From Eledone cirrhosa (Eukaryota), in NCBI GenBank assembly GCA_964016885.1, contig OZ024741.1, forward strand, positions 393,266,001 through 393,330,000: a DNA stretch of 64,000 nucleotides, read 5' to 3'. The notes beneath the pieces were generated by a model. It had not been told where the DNA came from. It did no database searches and was given only the letters and a program-made list of their open reading frames with translations. This document shows, one piece after another, positions 9,955 to 22,267 of the stretch. The position numbers and the translations under genes were made by a program. Within the stretch, counting starts at the first letter, position 1. Each line of letters starts with the position of its first letter.

Positions 9955-12900
9955 GGCCTATACTATCGCTTACCTGGTCGCCTTCGATATGACGGATGGA
10001 AGGACTACGGAAGAGAGAAAAATCTGGACACTCAGCGACAATGCCAAAGACAAATTCACCTCGTGGACGAGAATGCGAGCATTCCTCTTTGTTTCGGCCG
10101 CAGATGGCTAACATAACCCCATCTCCCCCCGCTCCCCACCGCTCCAAACGCAATCCAAAACTTCAGAGTTGGTACCATGAATGTAGGCACCTTAAAGGGT
10201 CGCTCTAACAAGGTTGTAGAAATGCTTGAACGTAAGGAGGACGATGTTTGTTGTATTCAAGAGACCAGGTGGAGGGGTGGGTCTGCTAGATTCATTGTGG
10301 GTAAAAAACGATGCTATAAGCTTTTCTGGGTGGGAAATGACAATGGGCTGGGTGGAGTAGGAATCATGGCAGCAGAAAAGTGGGCAGATAAGATAATAGA
10401 TGTAAATCGAGTGAACGACAGAATAATTAAAATAAGACTTGTCCTCAGTAGAATGACGGTGACAGTAATATCTGCGTACGCACCCCAATCTGCCCGGCAC
10501 TATAAAAGACAGATTCTATGAGACACTGATGCTCACTACCTCCCAAATAACCAACAATAACTGCAATAATTATATAATTATTGCAGGCGACCTAAATGGT
10601 CACATTGGACAACATTGTGACGGCTACGACGAAATCCATGGAGGCTATGGGTTTGGTACTAGAAATGAGGAAGGCTCCAGAATCCTGGAATTCTGCGACG
10701 CAAATAACCTAACTATCTGCAACACTAACTTCAAAAAACGAGACAATCACTTGATCACCTACAGATCAGGGGAACATACTAGCCAGGTAGATTATATCCT
10801 TACCAGAAGACGTGACAAAGTGACTGTCGTAAACACTAAATTCCTCCCCCATGAAGAATGCACTTCCCAACATGGACTGATAATTAGCGACCTAATAGTC
10901 AGGACGAGACGTACTAGACAACAGAAGAGGACTATCCTCAGGAGAAAAATATGGAAGCTAAAGGACCCCACAGCCAGAAATAAATTTCAAAGCATATTAC
11001 TTGATGCTTTCGACAGTGAGGAAGAGCAATTAGAGACGTACAAGGTAGAGGAACAGTGGGAATTCCTGAAAGCAAACCTGCTGACGGCGGCAGACGAAGT
11101 CTGTGGCTGGAGCAGGCCTGTAGGCAGGAGGAGAGTAACATGGTGGTGGAACAGTAAGGTGGAGGGGTCAATTAAGGCCAAAAAGCAGGCTTGGAAAGTA
11201 TGGCGGGATGGGGGAAGCAGAGAAGACTATCAAGTGGCCAGGAGGGAAGCTAGGAGACAAGTGTACTTCGCAAGAAGGGAAGCAGAGGAAAGAAAGTTCA
11301 AGCATGTTCTACAACGTGAGGACCAAAAACGTGAGGTGTTCAGGATTGCTAGGCAATGTGTCAAGGAAAACAGTGATATTGTCAGGGAGAAGTGTGTACT
11401 TAACGATAACGGCGTACTTGCCATCACCGAAGCCGATAAGAAGGTAGCTTGGAAGTGTCACTATGAAAGGCTACTAAATGAGGAGAATAAATGGGAGAAA
11501 GACAGTCTCCCCCACATCGACCCAATAGAGGGACCAGCAGTGTTAGTCGAAGGTAGTATAATAAGTAAGGCAATCAAAGATATGAAGACAGGCAAGGCGG
11601 CTGGGCCTTCGGAAATAGTTGCCGAGATGCTGAAGGCATCTGGTACGGTGGGACACACCATGGTCACCCGGATAGTCAACCAAGTCATACAGAATGGGGT
11701 TGTTCCGAAGGACTGGCATAGCAGCATTATCGTTAACTGTTATAAGGGTAAAGGAGATGCCCTAGATAGGAGTAACTATAGAGGCATTAAATTAATCGAC
11801 CAGGTCATGAAGGTCACGGAAAAAGTAATAGCGCAACTAATCAGAGAGCGAATTGATCTAGATGAAATGCTGTTCGGGTTTGTGTCAGGAAAAAGTACCA
11901 CAGACGCTCTTTTCATTGTACGACAACTACAGGAGAAGTACCTAGCTAAAAGTAAACCCCTATACTTAGCTTTCGTCGACTTGGAGAAGGCCTTCGACAG
12001 AGTCCCCCGTTCCATTATCTGGTGGACTCTTAGAAAACTAGGTGTTGATGAATGGCTTGGGAGAGCTATACAAGCCATGTATAAAGAAACAGTCAGCAAG
12101 GTTAGAATTAACAACGAATATAGTGAAGAGTTTAGTGTAAAAGTTGGTGTTCATCAGGGCTCTGTTCTTAGCCCCCTACTATTTATTATTGCCCTCCAGG
12201 CTATAACAGTGGAGTTCAAGACCGGCTGCCCATGGGAACTCCTATACGCAGATGATCTAACGCTCATAGCTGAATCAATGGCCGAGCTAGAGAAGAAATT
12301 CCAAACATGGAAGCACGGCCTAGAATCAAAAGGCCTTAAAATTAACCTGGCTAAGACTAAAGTTCTAGTTTGTAAGAAAGAAAATAAGGCGGCGGTCCCC
12401 TCCGGGAAGTGGCCATGCGCAGAGTGTAGGAAAGGCGTAGGTAGAAATTCCATTTTGTGTCCCAAATGCAAAGTTTGGGTGCATAAAAGATGTAGTGGGA
12501 TCACAGGTAAGCTAACTAAGAACATAGATTTTACATGTGGCCGGTGTTCTGGGGCAATAAGTAGCAGCAAGTGCCCACAGAATACTAGCTCTTTCAACTG
12601 CGCAGAGGGTTCAAAAGAAATAGTGGACAGCTTCCGTTACCTGGGTGACAAAATCAGCAGTGGGGGAGGGTGCTCTGAAAGTACTGTAGCTAGAGTCAGA
12701 ACTGGGTGGAAAAAGTTCAGAGAGCTTATATCACTATTAGCTGCTAAAGGGTTCTCCCTAAAAATGAAAGGCAGGCTGTACGATGCCTGCATACGAACAG
12801 CAATGTTGCATGGCAGTGAGACCTGGGCATTGTGTGCAGAGGATATACGCAGACTAGAGAGAAACGAAGCTTGCATACTCCGCTGGATGTGTAATAGTAA

Positions 12901-13585
12901 TATACGTGAACGACAAAGCATAAACGAACTAAGGAAAAAATTAGAAATAAGAGGGATCAGATGTTGTTTACTAGAGAGAAGGCTACGTTGGTATGGTCAC
13001 GTGATGCGCATGAAGGACGATAGCTGTATAACAAAGTGCAGGGCAATAAAGATAGACGGTAGCCACGGAATAGGCAGACCCAGAAAAACCTGGGACGAGC
13101 TGATAAACTCCGACCTCACACACTTACACCTCTCCAAGACAATGTCACTGGACCGAGACCTTTGGCGGTACTCAGTAATAGAGAAGACCCGCCTTACCTA
13201 AATACAAAGTAAAACCTACTACAGTCAGTAGGCATCTCTAACAAAATACACCCCCCCGTCCCACCACCCCCACCCCATCCACACCGCCCCCTTCTATGTA
13301 AAGTTATGTTGGTGCCACACCATCCAGGCCGAAACAAATGAGATCGTGTAGGTGTCACGACAAAAAAACACACAGTCCACGCTGTAATGTGGCCGTGTAG
13401 GCAACACGGTAAAAACCTCCCAGACCCACACTGTAAATGTGGTTGGTGTTAGGAAGGGCATCCAACTGTAGAAAACCTGCCAGACAGTCCTATGCGAGCA
13501 AGACAATCACTCTTGCCTCAAGTGGGAAAACCCCCGTCCAAACCCATGCAAGCGTGGAACACGGACGTTAAACGTTGATGATGAC
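9955..13585 (+). mobile_element. Near-full-length RTE-clade LINE (APE endonuclease + RT with PHD insertion), one frameshift near 10490
   Basis: NVGTL, IQETRW, YAPQ, GDLNGH, VDYIL (APE); NYRGIKL, FVDLEKAFDRV, GVHQGSVLSP, YADD, YLG, LRWYGHV, GRPRKTW (RTE RT); (GAT)n tail. Confidence 0.95.
10529..13201 (+). CDS. RTE ORF (APE C-terminal half, RT, PHD finger, thumb), 890 aa open
   Basis: ORF track plus the motifs above; the N-terminal part is in ORF 10177-10521. Confidence 0.9.
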   Translation: MLTTSQITNNNCNNYIIIAGDLNGHIGQHCDGYDEIHGGYGFGTRNEEGSRILEFCDANNLTICNTNFKKRDNHLITYRSGEHTSQVDYILTRRRDKVTVVNTKFLPHEECTSQHGLIISDLIVRTRRTRQQKRTILRRKIWKLKDPTARNKFQSILLDAFDSEEEQLETYKVEEQWEFLKANLLTAADEVCGWSRPVGRRRVTWWWNSKVEGSIKAKKQAWKVWRDGGSREDYQVARREARRQVYFARREAEERKFKHVLQREDQKREVFRIARQCVKENSDIVREKCVLNDNGVLAITEADKKVAWKCHYERLLNEENKWEKDSLPHIDPIEGPAVLVEGSIISKAIKDMKTGKAAGPSEIVAEMLKASGTVGHTMVTRIVNQVIQNGVVPKDWHSSIIVNCYKGKGDALDRSNYRGIKLIDQVMKVTEKVIAQLIRERIDLDEMLFGFVSGKSTTDALFIVRQLQEKYLAKSKPLYLAFVDLEKAFDRVPRSIIWWTLRKLGVDEWLGRAIQAMYKETVSKVRINNEYSEEFSVKVGVHQGSVLSPLLFIIALQAITVEFKTGCPWELLYADDLTLIAESMAELEKKFQTWKHGLESKGLKINLAKTKVLVCKKENKAAVPSGKWPCAECRKGVGRNSILCPKCKVWVHKRCSGITGKLTKNIDFTCGRCSGAISSSKCPQNTSSFNCAEGSKEIVDSFRYLGDKISSGGGCSESTVARVRTGWKKFRELISLLAAKGFSLKMKGRLYDACIRTAMLHGSETWALCAEDIRRLERNEACILRWMCNSNIRERQSINELRKKLEIRGIRCCLLERRLRWYGHVMRMKDDSCITKCRAIKIDGSHGIGRPRKTWDELINSDLTHLHLSKTMSLDRDLWRYSVIEKTRLT

Positions 13586-13830
13586 ATACATATATATGTA
13601 TATATATATAATTAAGTTAAAAATGTACATCCTCATATGTATACTGAAATACTAGTATGCATATGAATACACACACGTGTACATATGTAGATGTACCGAG
13701 TTTTTCACTGGACACTTTACTGTGAGTGTCCAGCTATTCTGTATGTAAACACATAGACAAACCGGTTTTTAGAGTCATACTGGTTTTCGAGGAAACACCT
13801 TTCCTCTATTCTCCAGAAAGCCAGACAAGG

Positions 13831-13875
13831 AATATTGGACTAGTTTCGATGTTGTTACATCTCATCAGCAATATT
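13831..13875 (-). ncRNA. Minimal type I hammerhead ribozyme (PLE type)
   Basis: AAUAUUG-CUGAUGA-GAUGU-AACA-ACAUC-GAAA-CUAG-UC-CAAUAUU: perfect stems I and II, GUC triplet. Confidence 0.88.
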
Positions 13876-14068
13876 TACCTATCTTCCGGCCTTTCTAGAG
13901 AATCGTAAAAGCACATATCGTTATATGCTTTTTCTATGAAAATTAGTAGTGGGCAGACTAATTTGCATAGAGCGTGAGTACGTACCGGTTCAGCGGAGAC
14001 GATAAAAACAAATAACGAAACAAAATTAAATTTTGTTTCGTTTGTAACTCACTTTTGTATGACTGACG

Positions 14069-14418
14069 AAAGCCAGTCCCACTCTCTTAACCAAGATGAT
14101 ATTTACCAAAAAGAAGAACAAGTCAACATCATTGGATACCATCAGAGTTGCAGGTGTTATATCAGAGTTTTCCTTCTCCTAGAATTCTGCCTTGACAAAG
14201 GCTAAGGCGTCATCTCTCCCGGTGATTTTGGATTGCCATTGACTCTTAAGAGCTCCTTTGCCCTTTGACAGGTTTTGTTTTTAGTCCTGCAGGATGTCCA
14301 AAGTCACCCTCCTCACCAAGAAACCTTGGTGGGGTTGCCAGTTTAGTCGCCAACGACCCGACCATGAGACAGGTTGTACTGGGATACATGTTACCAGTAG
14401 CACCAAGTGGTGACCTGA
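14069..14418 (-). mobile_element. Partial family D copy
   Basis: Near-identical to 17398-17748. Confidence 0.85.
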
Positions 14419-14514
14419 CATACATACATACATACATACATACATACATACATACATACATACATACATGCATACATGCATGCATGCATGCATGCATGCG
14501 TGCATACATACATA

Positions 14515-17010
14515 AGATAAGAAAACACCAGGGAGAGACATGATTGTCGGCTACTGGTACAAAAAACTAATATTCTATCGGAGGTATCTTACTGACCTCT
14601 ACCAACAAGTTCTTAAGGGAGATACACTTATACCAGAATGGTTGACATTAGCACAAACGTTACTGGTCCCCAAGAACAAAGACACCCACTTGGCAAAAAA
14701 CTACCGACCCATTGCATGCCAGAACCTGATGTATAAGATGTATACAGCCTGCCTGAACCTATTCCTCCAAGATCACTGTGAAAATAATAACATCATCACA
14801 GATGAACAAGCAACTGGAAAGAAAAGGGTTTGGGGATGTGCTGAACAACTCCTAATCAACAAAACTGCGATGTCGGAGGTGCGACAACTTAGGAGGAATA
14901 TGACTACAGTCTGGCTGGACTACAAGAAAGCTTTCGATTCTGTTCCCCACTCTTGGATGATAGAGGCCCTCCAACTTGCTAAAGTCCCAGACATTATTGT
15001 CAGCGCCATAGAGAGGCTGTCTTCTTCTTGGGCTACTATAAGGTTAAAGACAGGGAGGGAGGACTCTATTTTCACTGATAAAATAAAATATTGCAGGGGT
15101 ATATTTCAGGGGGACAGTCTCTCTGTGATATTGTTCATCTTGTCATTAAACCCCTTGTCCTTTCTGCTCAAGAAATGTGAGGGATACATCATTGGCTCAC
15201 AGGAGGACAGAAATACTAACCTAACCCATAACTTCTTTGTGGACGATCTGAAACTCTATGCCGAGAACATGGATGGGATGAAGAAAAATCTTGACCTGGT
15301 TACAACGTTCTCAAAGGATATAGGAATGGAGTTTGGCCAAGATAAATGCTCATACATGACTGTAAAGCGGGGAAAATCAACAACCCAATCTAGCAACATT
15401 GTCATCAATGGTCTAAATGTTTCACCGATATCTGATGAGGACTGCTACAGATACCTGGGGATACATGAGAACATATCCTATAATGGTATCTGTAATAAAG
15501 AACGCGTAACCAAGGAATACTACACCCGATTAAGAAAAATATGGTCATCAGAACTCTCTGTGCACAACAAAACAGTGGCTCACAATGTGTTTGCTGTGCC
15601 TGTCCTAACACCAACGTTTGGAATATTCAATTGGACGATAGACGAAATCTGAGCAGTTGATGTTGGAACTCGAAAAATACTAAACAGTACCGGAAACTTC
15701 CACATCAACAGTGACATAGACCGCCTTTACTTGAAACATAAGCAGGGAGGCAGAGGCCTAACATCAGTCCAGACAACATTTGAATGTCGCATCATATCTC
15801 TCCGACAACATCTACGAACCTCGAAGCGTAGGAGCCCGCTTCTCGAGCAAGTCTATCTGCATGAAACAGATAAGATCATGAGAGTTGGGAAGGAACTCCT
15901 TGAGAGATATTCCCTGCGTGATAATCAAAAACTCACACCCAGGGATGTCGCTCAGCAGTATCGCAGTGAATCCATGGATGAAAACCTGAGTTTTGCATGG
16001 ATATGTTGCCAGGAAGCTCCAGAGTGAGAGTAATATAGGTAAGGAAAGTAGTCTATCTTGGACCAACAACTGCTATATTGGCTCCCACTTTGAAGGATAC
16101 GCTTTTGCAATACAAGAACAGGAGATTAGCACGAAATACCTGATTCACAAAAGAGATAGGGATGCAGGCAAAACACCTAGATGTGATAACAAGTGCAGAC
16201 TCTGCAGAACTAATATCGAGGATATCACCCATGTCATCAGCAGTTGCCCAAAGATGTCATCATGGTACTATCTACCTATGAGGCATGATGTAGTGGCCAA
16301 AACACTGTACAATGCAGTTCGTAAAAAAGATAGCCCCGATAATAAACACATTAAAAGCTACAACAATGTGGAAGACATCCATGTACATAATATGAAAGAG
16401 TACTGGTGGAATGTTCCAGTAAAAACCCCAATAAAATGCAGGCATAACAGACCAGATATTATGATATGGGACAGGGAGAAGAAAACATGCACAGTAGTGG
16501 AAATTAGCTGCCCAGCGGATGCCAATATAATATCAAAGATTAGTGAAAAGGAGAATATTTATGCAGAACTGATGAGAAATCTGCAGATACTCCACCCTGA
16601 TTGCACCTTCAGATTTATGCCTGTGATTATTGGGGCACTGGGATATGTTAGTAACTGCCTCAATACAAATCTTGAGAAGCTAGGCTTCACAGGAACATAA
16701 AGAACACAACTAGTTAGGAAATTACAAGTACAATCCATTAATGGAACAGTAAATTATGTAAAACATTCCAAAAATTTTGCATCTAATAACTGCATATACG
16801 CATGTACAGATACAAAGCATATACACATGCACACATACAACTCAAAACATACACATCCACACATACAATAACATCCATATCTACATATGCATACATACAT
16901 ATCTACCTAGTTGATGTTGTGTAAATTCCAATGAGAGAGTCTTGTGTCTATGTTAGAAACCGACTCTCTCTCTATTGGTAAAACTTTGTGAAAATATAAA
17001 AGCAGAAGAA
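14515..17010 (+). mobile_element. 5'-truncated R4/Dong-like non-LTR element (RT + CCHC + restriction-like endonuclease), disrupted
   Basis: NYRPIAC, WLDYKKAFDSVPH, GIFQGDSLS, FFVDDLK, GGRGL, CRLC....EDITHVISSC, RHD, RPDIMIWD, VVEISCP, IIGALG; stop at 15650, frameshift near 15990. Confidence 0.88.
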
Positions 17011-17055
17011 CATACATACATACATAGATACATACATATACATATATATATATAC

Positions 17056-17126
<71 letters not shown>

Positions 17127-17149
17127 CATACATATATATATATACATAC

Positions 17150-17748
17150 GGTGGCTGCCAACTCGTTTTCGAGTACGGCCACTACTTTATATCCATGTAG
17201 GAAAACCCCTACCGATGCGCTGAACGGGTGTGACTTTTTAGTCCAGCCAGCGACTTGAAAATTCTGGTACAAACACTACACCTGTGACAATTATTGACAC
17301 ATAGTGCTGGGCCCATGTGATGACAAGTGCAGACAGATCTCCAGATATAAAGCAATGCCTGTGCCGTGAAGCTTTTTTAGTGAGCAAAGGCACTGCACAA
17401 AGCCAGTCCCACTCTCTTAACCAAGATAATATTTACCAAAAAGAAGAACAAGTCAACATCATTGGATACCATCAGGGTTGCAGGTGTTATATCAGAGTTT
17501 TCCTTCTCCTAGAATTCTGCCTTGACAAAGGCTAAGGGGTCATCTCTCCCAGTGATTTTGGATGGCCATTGACTCTAAAGAGCTCCTTTGCCCTTTGACA
17601 GGTTTTGTTTTTAGTCCTGCAGGATGTCCAAAGTCACCCTCCTCACCAAGAAACCTTGGTGGGGTTGCCAGTTTAGTCGCCAACGACCCGACCATGGGAC
17701 AGGTTGTACTGGGATACATGTTACCAGTAGCACCAACTGGTGACCTGA
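17150..17748 (-). mobile_element. Family D: ~600-bp non-autonomous bipartite RTE derivative
   Basis: Second full copy at 56745-57351; its 3' end ggccgtactcgaaaacgagttggcagccacc resembles the RTE-ZnF 3' end. Confidence 0.8.
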
Positions 17749-17780
<32 letters not shown>

Positions 17781-17798
17781 CATACATACATATACATA

Positions 17799-18680
17799 CA
17801 TCATCAACGTTTAACGTCCATGTTCCACGCTTGCATGGGTTTGGACGGGAGTTTTCCCACTTGCTCGCATAGGACTATCTGGCGGGTTTTCTACAGCTGG
17901 ATGCCCTTCCTAACACCAACCACATTTACAGTGTGGGACTGGGAGGTTTTTACCGTGTTGCCTACACGGCCACATTACAGCGTGGACTGTGTGTTTTTTT
18001 GTCGTGACACCTACACGATCTCATTTGTTTCGGCCTGGATGTTGTGGCACCAACGTAACTTTACATTGAAAGGGGCGTTGTGGATGGGGTGAGGGTGGTG
18101 GGACAGGGGTGTATTTTGTTAGAGATGCCTACTGACTGTAGTAGGTTTACTTTGTATTTAGGCAAGGCGGGTCTTCTCTATTACTGAGTACCGCCAAAGA
18201 TCTCGGTCCAGTGACATTGTGTTGGAGAGGTGTAAGTGTCTGACGTCGGAATTTATCAGTTCGTCCCAGGTTTTTCTTGGTCTGCCTACTTCGTGGCTAC
18301 CGTCTATCTTTATTGCCCTGCACTTTTTTATACAGCTGTCGTCTTTCATGCGCATCACGTGACCATACCAACGTAGCCGTCTCTCGAGTAAACAACATCT
18401 GATCCCTCTTATTTCTAATTTTTCCCTTAGTTCGTTTATGCTTTGCCGTTCATGTATATTACTATTACACATCCAGCGGAGCATGCAAGCTTCGTTCCTC
18501 TCTAGTCTGCGTATATCCTCTGCACACAATGCCCAGGTCTCACTGCCATGCAACATTGCTGTTCGTATGCAGGCATCATACAACTTACCTTTCATTTTTA
18601 GGGAGAACCCTTTAGCGGCTAATAGTGGTATAAGCTCTCTGAACTTTTACCATCCAGTTCTGACTCTAGCTACTGTAGCT
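17799..18680 (-). mobile_element. 5'-truncated RTE-PHD copy
   Basis: ORF 18158-18595 is nearly identical to the C-terminus of the 10529 ORF. Confidence 0.92.
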
Positions 18681-18743
18681 ACATACATATATATGTATAT
18701 ATATACATATATATATATATGTATATATACACATACATATATA

Positions 18744-19074
18744 TCATCATCATTTTACGTCCGTTTTTCCCTGCTTGCAAGGGTGGGACGGGAACTGATT
18801 CTGGCTTGATTTCTACAGCTGGATGCCCTTCCTAACACCAACCTCATTTACAGTGAGTGCTGGGTGCTTTTTTGCCGTGGCACCTCCACGACCACTTTGC
18901 AGTGGAATGATATGGATCCCAGTCCCTATCATCTCATTTCTACAGCTGAGTAAACTGGAGCAAGTGAAATAAAGTGTCTTGCTCAAGGAAACAACACATC
19001 ACCCGGTCTGAGAATTGAACTCACAACCTTTCGATAGCAAGGCCAATGCTCTAACCACTAAGCCATGTACCTCC
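18744..19074 (-). mobile_element. Full-length tRNA-SINE family B
   Basis: Head ggaggtacatggcttagtggttagagcattggcc...gtgagttcaattctcagacc; (GAT)n tail. Confidence 0.88.
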
Positions 19075-19372
19075 ATTTATATATGTATACATATATATAT
19101 ATACATATATATATGTATATATATATAAATATATATATATGTATATATACACATACATATGTATGTATATATTAATAAAAGGAATCCCAACTTTGTCTAA
19201 TTTACTCGTTTTATTTACAATCCTTTAAAATTCTTTAAAATTTATAATGGTATTAGAATGAAATAGTATGGTAGAATATTAAATGTTAAGTGTTAATTGA
19301 ACAAGTACTTTCATGTTTTCGCAATCTTCAGGTTCATATTGTGTGGTGACAGTCAAGTTTGCAATTTTCAAC

Positions 19373-19453
<81 letters not shown>

Positions 19454-19464
19454 ATATATACATA

Positions 19465-19925
19465 GATAGACAATGTCACTGGACCGAGATCTTTGGGGCT
19501 ACACAGTCATACAGAAGACCCGCCTTGCCTAAGTAAGAAGCAAAACCTACAGTCAGTAGGCACCTCTAACAAAATACACCCCACCCCCACCACACTCCAC
19601 CACCCCCACCCCATCCACATCACCATCTTAAATGTGAAGTTATGTTGGTACCACAACATCCAGTCCGAAACAAATGAGGTTGTATAGGTGTCACAACAAA
19701 AAAACACACAGTCCCCGCTGTAATGTGGCCGTGTACGTAACACGGTAAAAACCTCCCAGTCCACACTGTAAACGTGGTTGGTGTTAGGAAGGACATCCAG
19801 CTGTAGAAAACCCGCCAGACAGTCCTATACGAGCAGGATAACAAATCTTGCCTCAAGTGGGAAACCTCCCGTCCAAACCCATGCAAGCGTGGAAGATGGA
19901 CGTTAAACGATGATGATGATGATGA
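19465..19925 (+). mobile_element. 5'-truncated RTE-PHD copy (diverged)
   Basis: Matches 13137-13585. Confidence 0.85.
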
Positions 19926-20143
19926 TATATATATACATACATATGTATGTATATATATACATATATATACATATATATATACATACATATATATGTATAT
20001 ATATACATATATATATACATATATATATACATACATATGTATGTATATATATACATATATATATACATATATGTATATACATATATATATGTATATATAT
20101 GTATATACATATATATATGTATATACATTTATATATGTATATA

Positions 20144-20174
<31 letters not shown>

Positions 20175-21110
20175 CTATATATCTACACTCACACACATAT
20201 ATATATACATACATATATATATATATATATCTACACTCACACACATATATATATATACATACATATCTATAAATTTATACACATATACATACATACATAC
20301 ATATCTATACACATATATACATACATATATATCTATACACATATATACATACATATATATATACATACACATTATATATATATACATACATATATATATA
20401 TATATACATACATACATATATATATACATATAATATATATATATATACATATAATATATATATACATATAATATATATATACATATACATATATATACAC
20501 ATACATATATGTACACATACACATATACATATATATACACATACATATATGTACACATACACATACATATATATACACATACACATACATATATACACAT
20601 ACATATATATATACACATACATATATATATACATATACATACATATATATATATATATATACACATACATATAAATATATACATATACATACATATATAT
20701 ATATATATACACATACATATAAATATATACATATACATACATATATACATACATATATATATATACATACACACACATATATATACATATACACCTATAT
20801 ATATAGACTTACATATATATATATGCATACATATATACATGCATACATATATATACATGCATACATATGCATATATATATATAAATACATATATACATAC
20901 ATATATATAAATACATATATACATGCATATATACATACATACATATATATAAACATACATACATATACATACATATACATATATAAACATACATATACAT
21001 ACATATACATATATATATACATACATATATATATACATATATATATTTATACATACATACATATATACACATATATATACATATATGCATATATATATAT
21101 GCATACATAT

Positions 21111-21142
<32 letters not shown>

Positions 21143-21344
21143 GCATACATATACACATATATATATATATATGCATACATACATATACACACATATATAT
21201 ATATATGCATACATATACATATACATATATAAAAATACATATATAAATATATATACACATAAATATATATGCTCATTTATACATATATATAAACACACCC
21301 ACATATATATACACACACAGACACATACATACACACACACACAC
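19926..21344. repeat. (TA)n/(TACA)n microsatellite array
   Basis: Read directly from the sequence. Confidence 0.95.
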
Positions 21345-21937
21345 TTAACCTCTCAAAGGCGATGACACAGGGCCGAGATCTCTGGCATTATGCAGTTATA
21401 CAGAAGACCCAACTTGCCACGGGCACAAGCGGAAATGAACCACGTAGTTTCCCTGCCACCCAGCAACACACAGTAAAGTGGAAATGTAGGTGTCACGACA
21501 AAAAGCACCCAGTCCACAATGAGGTTGGCATTAGGAAGGGCATCCGGCTGTATAAATCAAGCCAAAATCAGTTCTGTATGAGCGAGACATGGTCACCTGA
21601 CCTAGCATTGCTCACAACAGGACCCACATATACACCCACACACACATATATAATTATATACATACATACACACATATACATATATATATACACACACACA
21701 CACACATATATATATAATTATATACATACATACACACATACATATATATATACATACACACATACACACATATACATATATATATATACATACACACATA
21801 TACATATATATACACACACACACATATATATATATACATATATTTACACACACACATATATACATACATATATATATTTACATATATATATATATATACA
21901 CACACACATATATACACACACTTAAGCACACACACAC

Positions 21938-22000
<63 letters not shown>

Positions 22001-22267
22001 AAATTTCAAATTTCCCATATATAAAACTACCAAATGTATTTTTTTAATAAATAAAAACATAACTGAAATGAACAATAGCATATTATTTCTCATATTACTG
22101 TTTCAATTTTTTGTAGGTAAAAGTTAATCTATTAAAAAATAAAAAATGAATAAATAAAAGTAGGTATAAATGAAATTACTTAATATTTATACAAAAGGAC
22201 TGATTATAAGCAAATTGAAAGGAAAATCAAAGCTTTAAGAATTAAGAAGTGTTATAGAAAGACATAC

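Noticed and set aside
11461-12921. Antisense ORFs conserved between RTE copies
   Set aside because: Expected shadows of the RT reading frame in near-identical copies
17610-17748. Twister- or HDV-like ribozyme at the family D 5' end (ACCUG-UCCCAUGGU-CGGGU, CUAA, GAGGAGGG)
   Set aside because: I could not complete P1/P2 for either fold, and the UCCC varies among copies (UCUC, UCGC); a covariance search is needed
18990-19074. tRNA gene
   Set aside because: It is a SINE head with no acceptor stem, and it is fused to the SINE body in several copies
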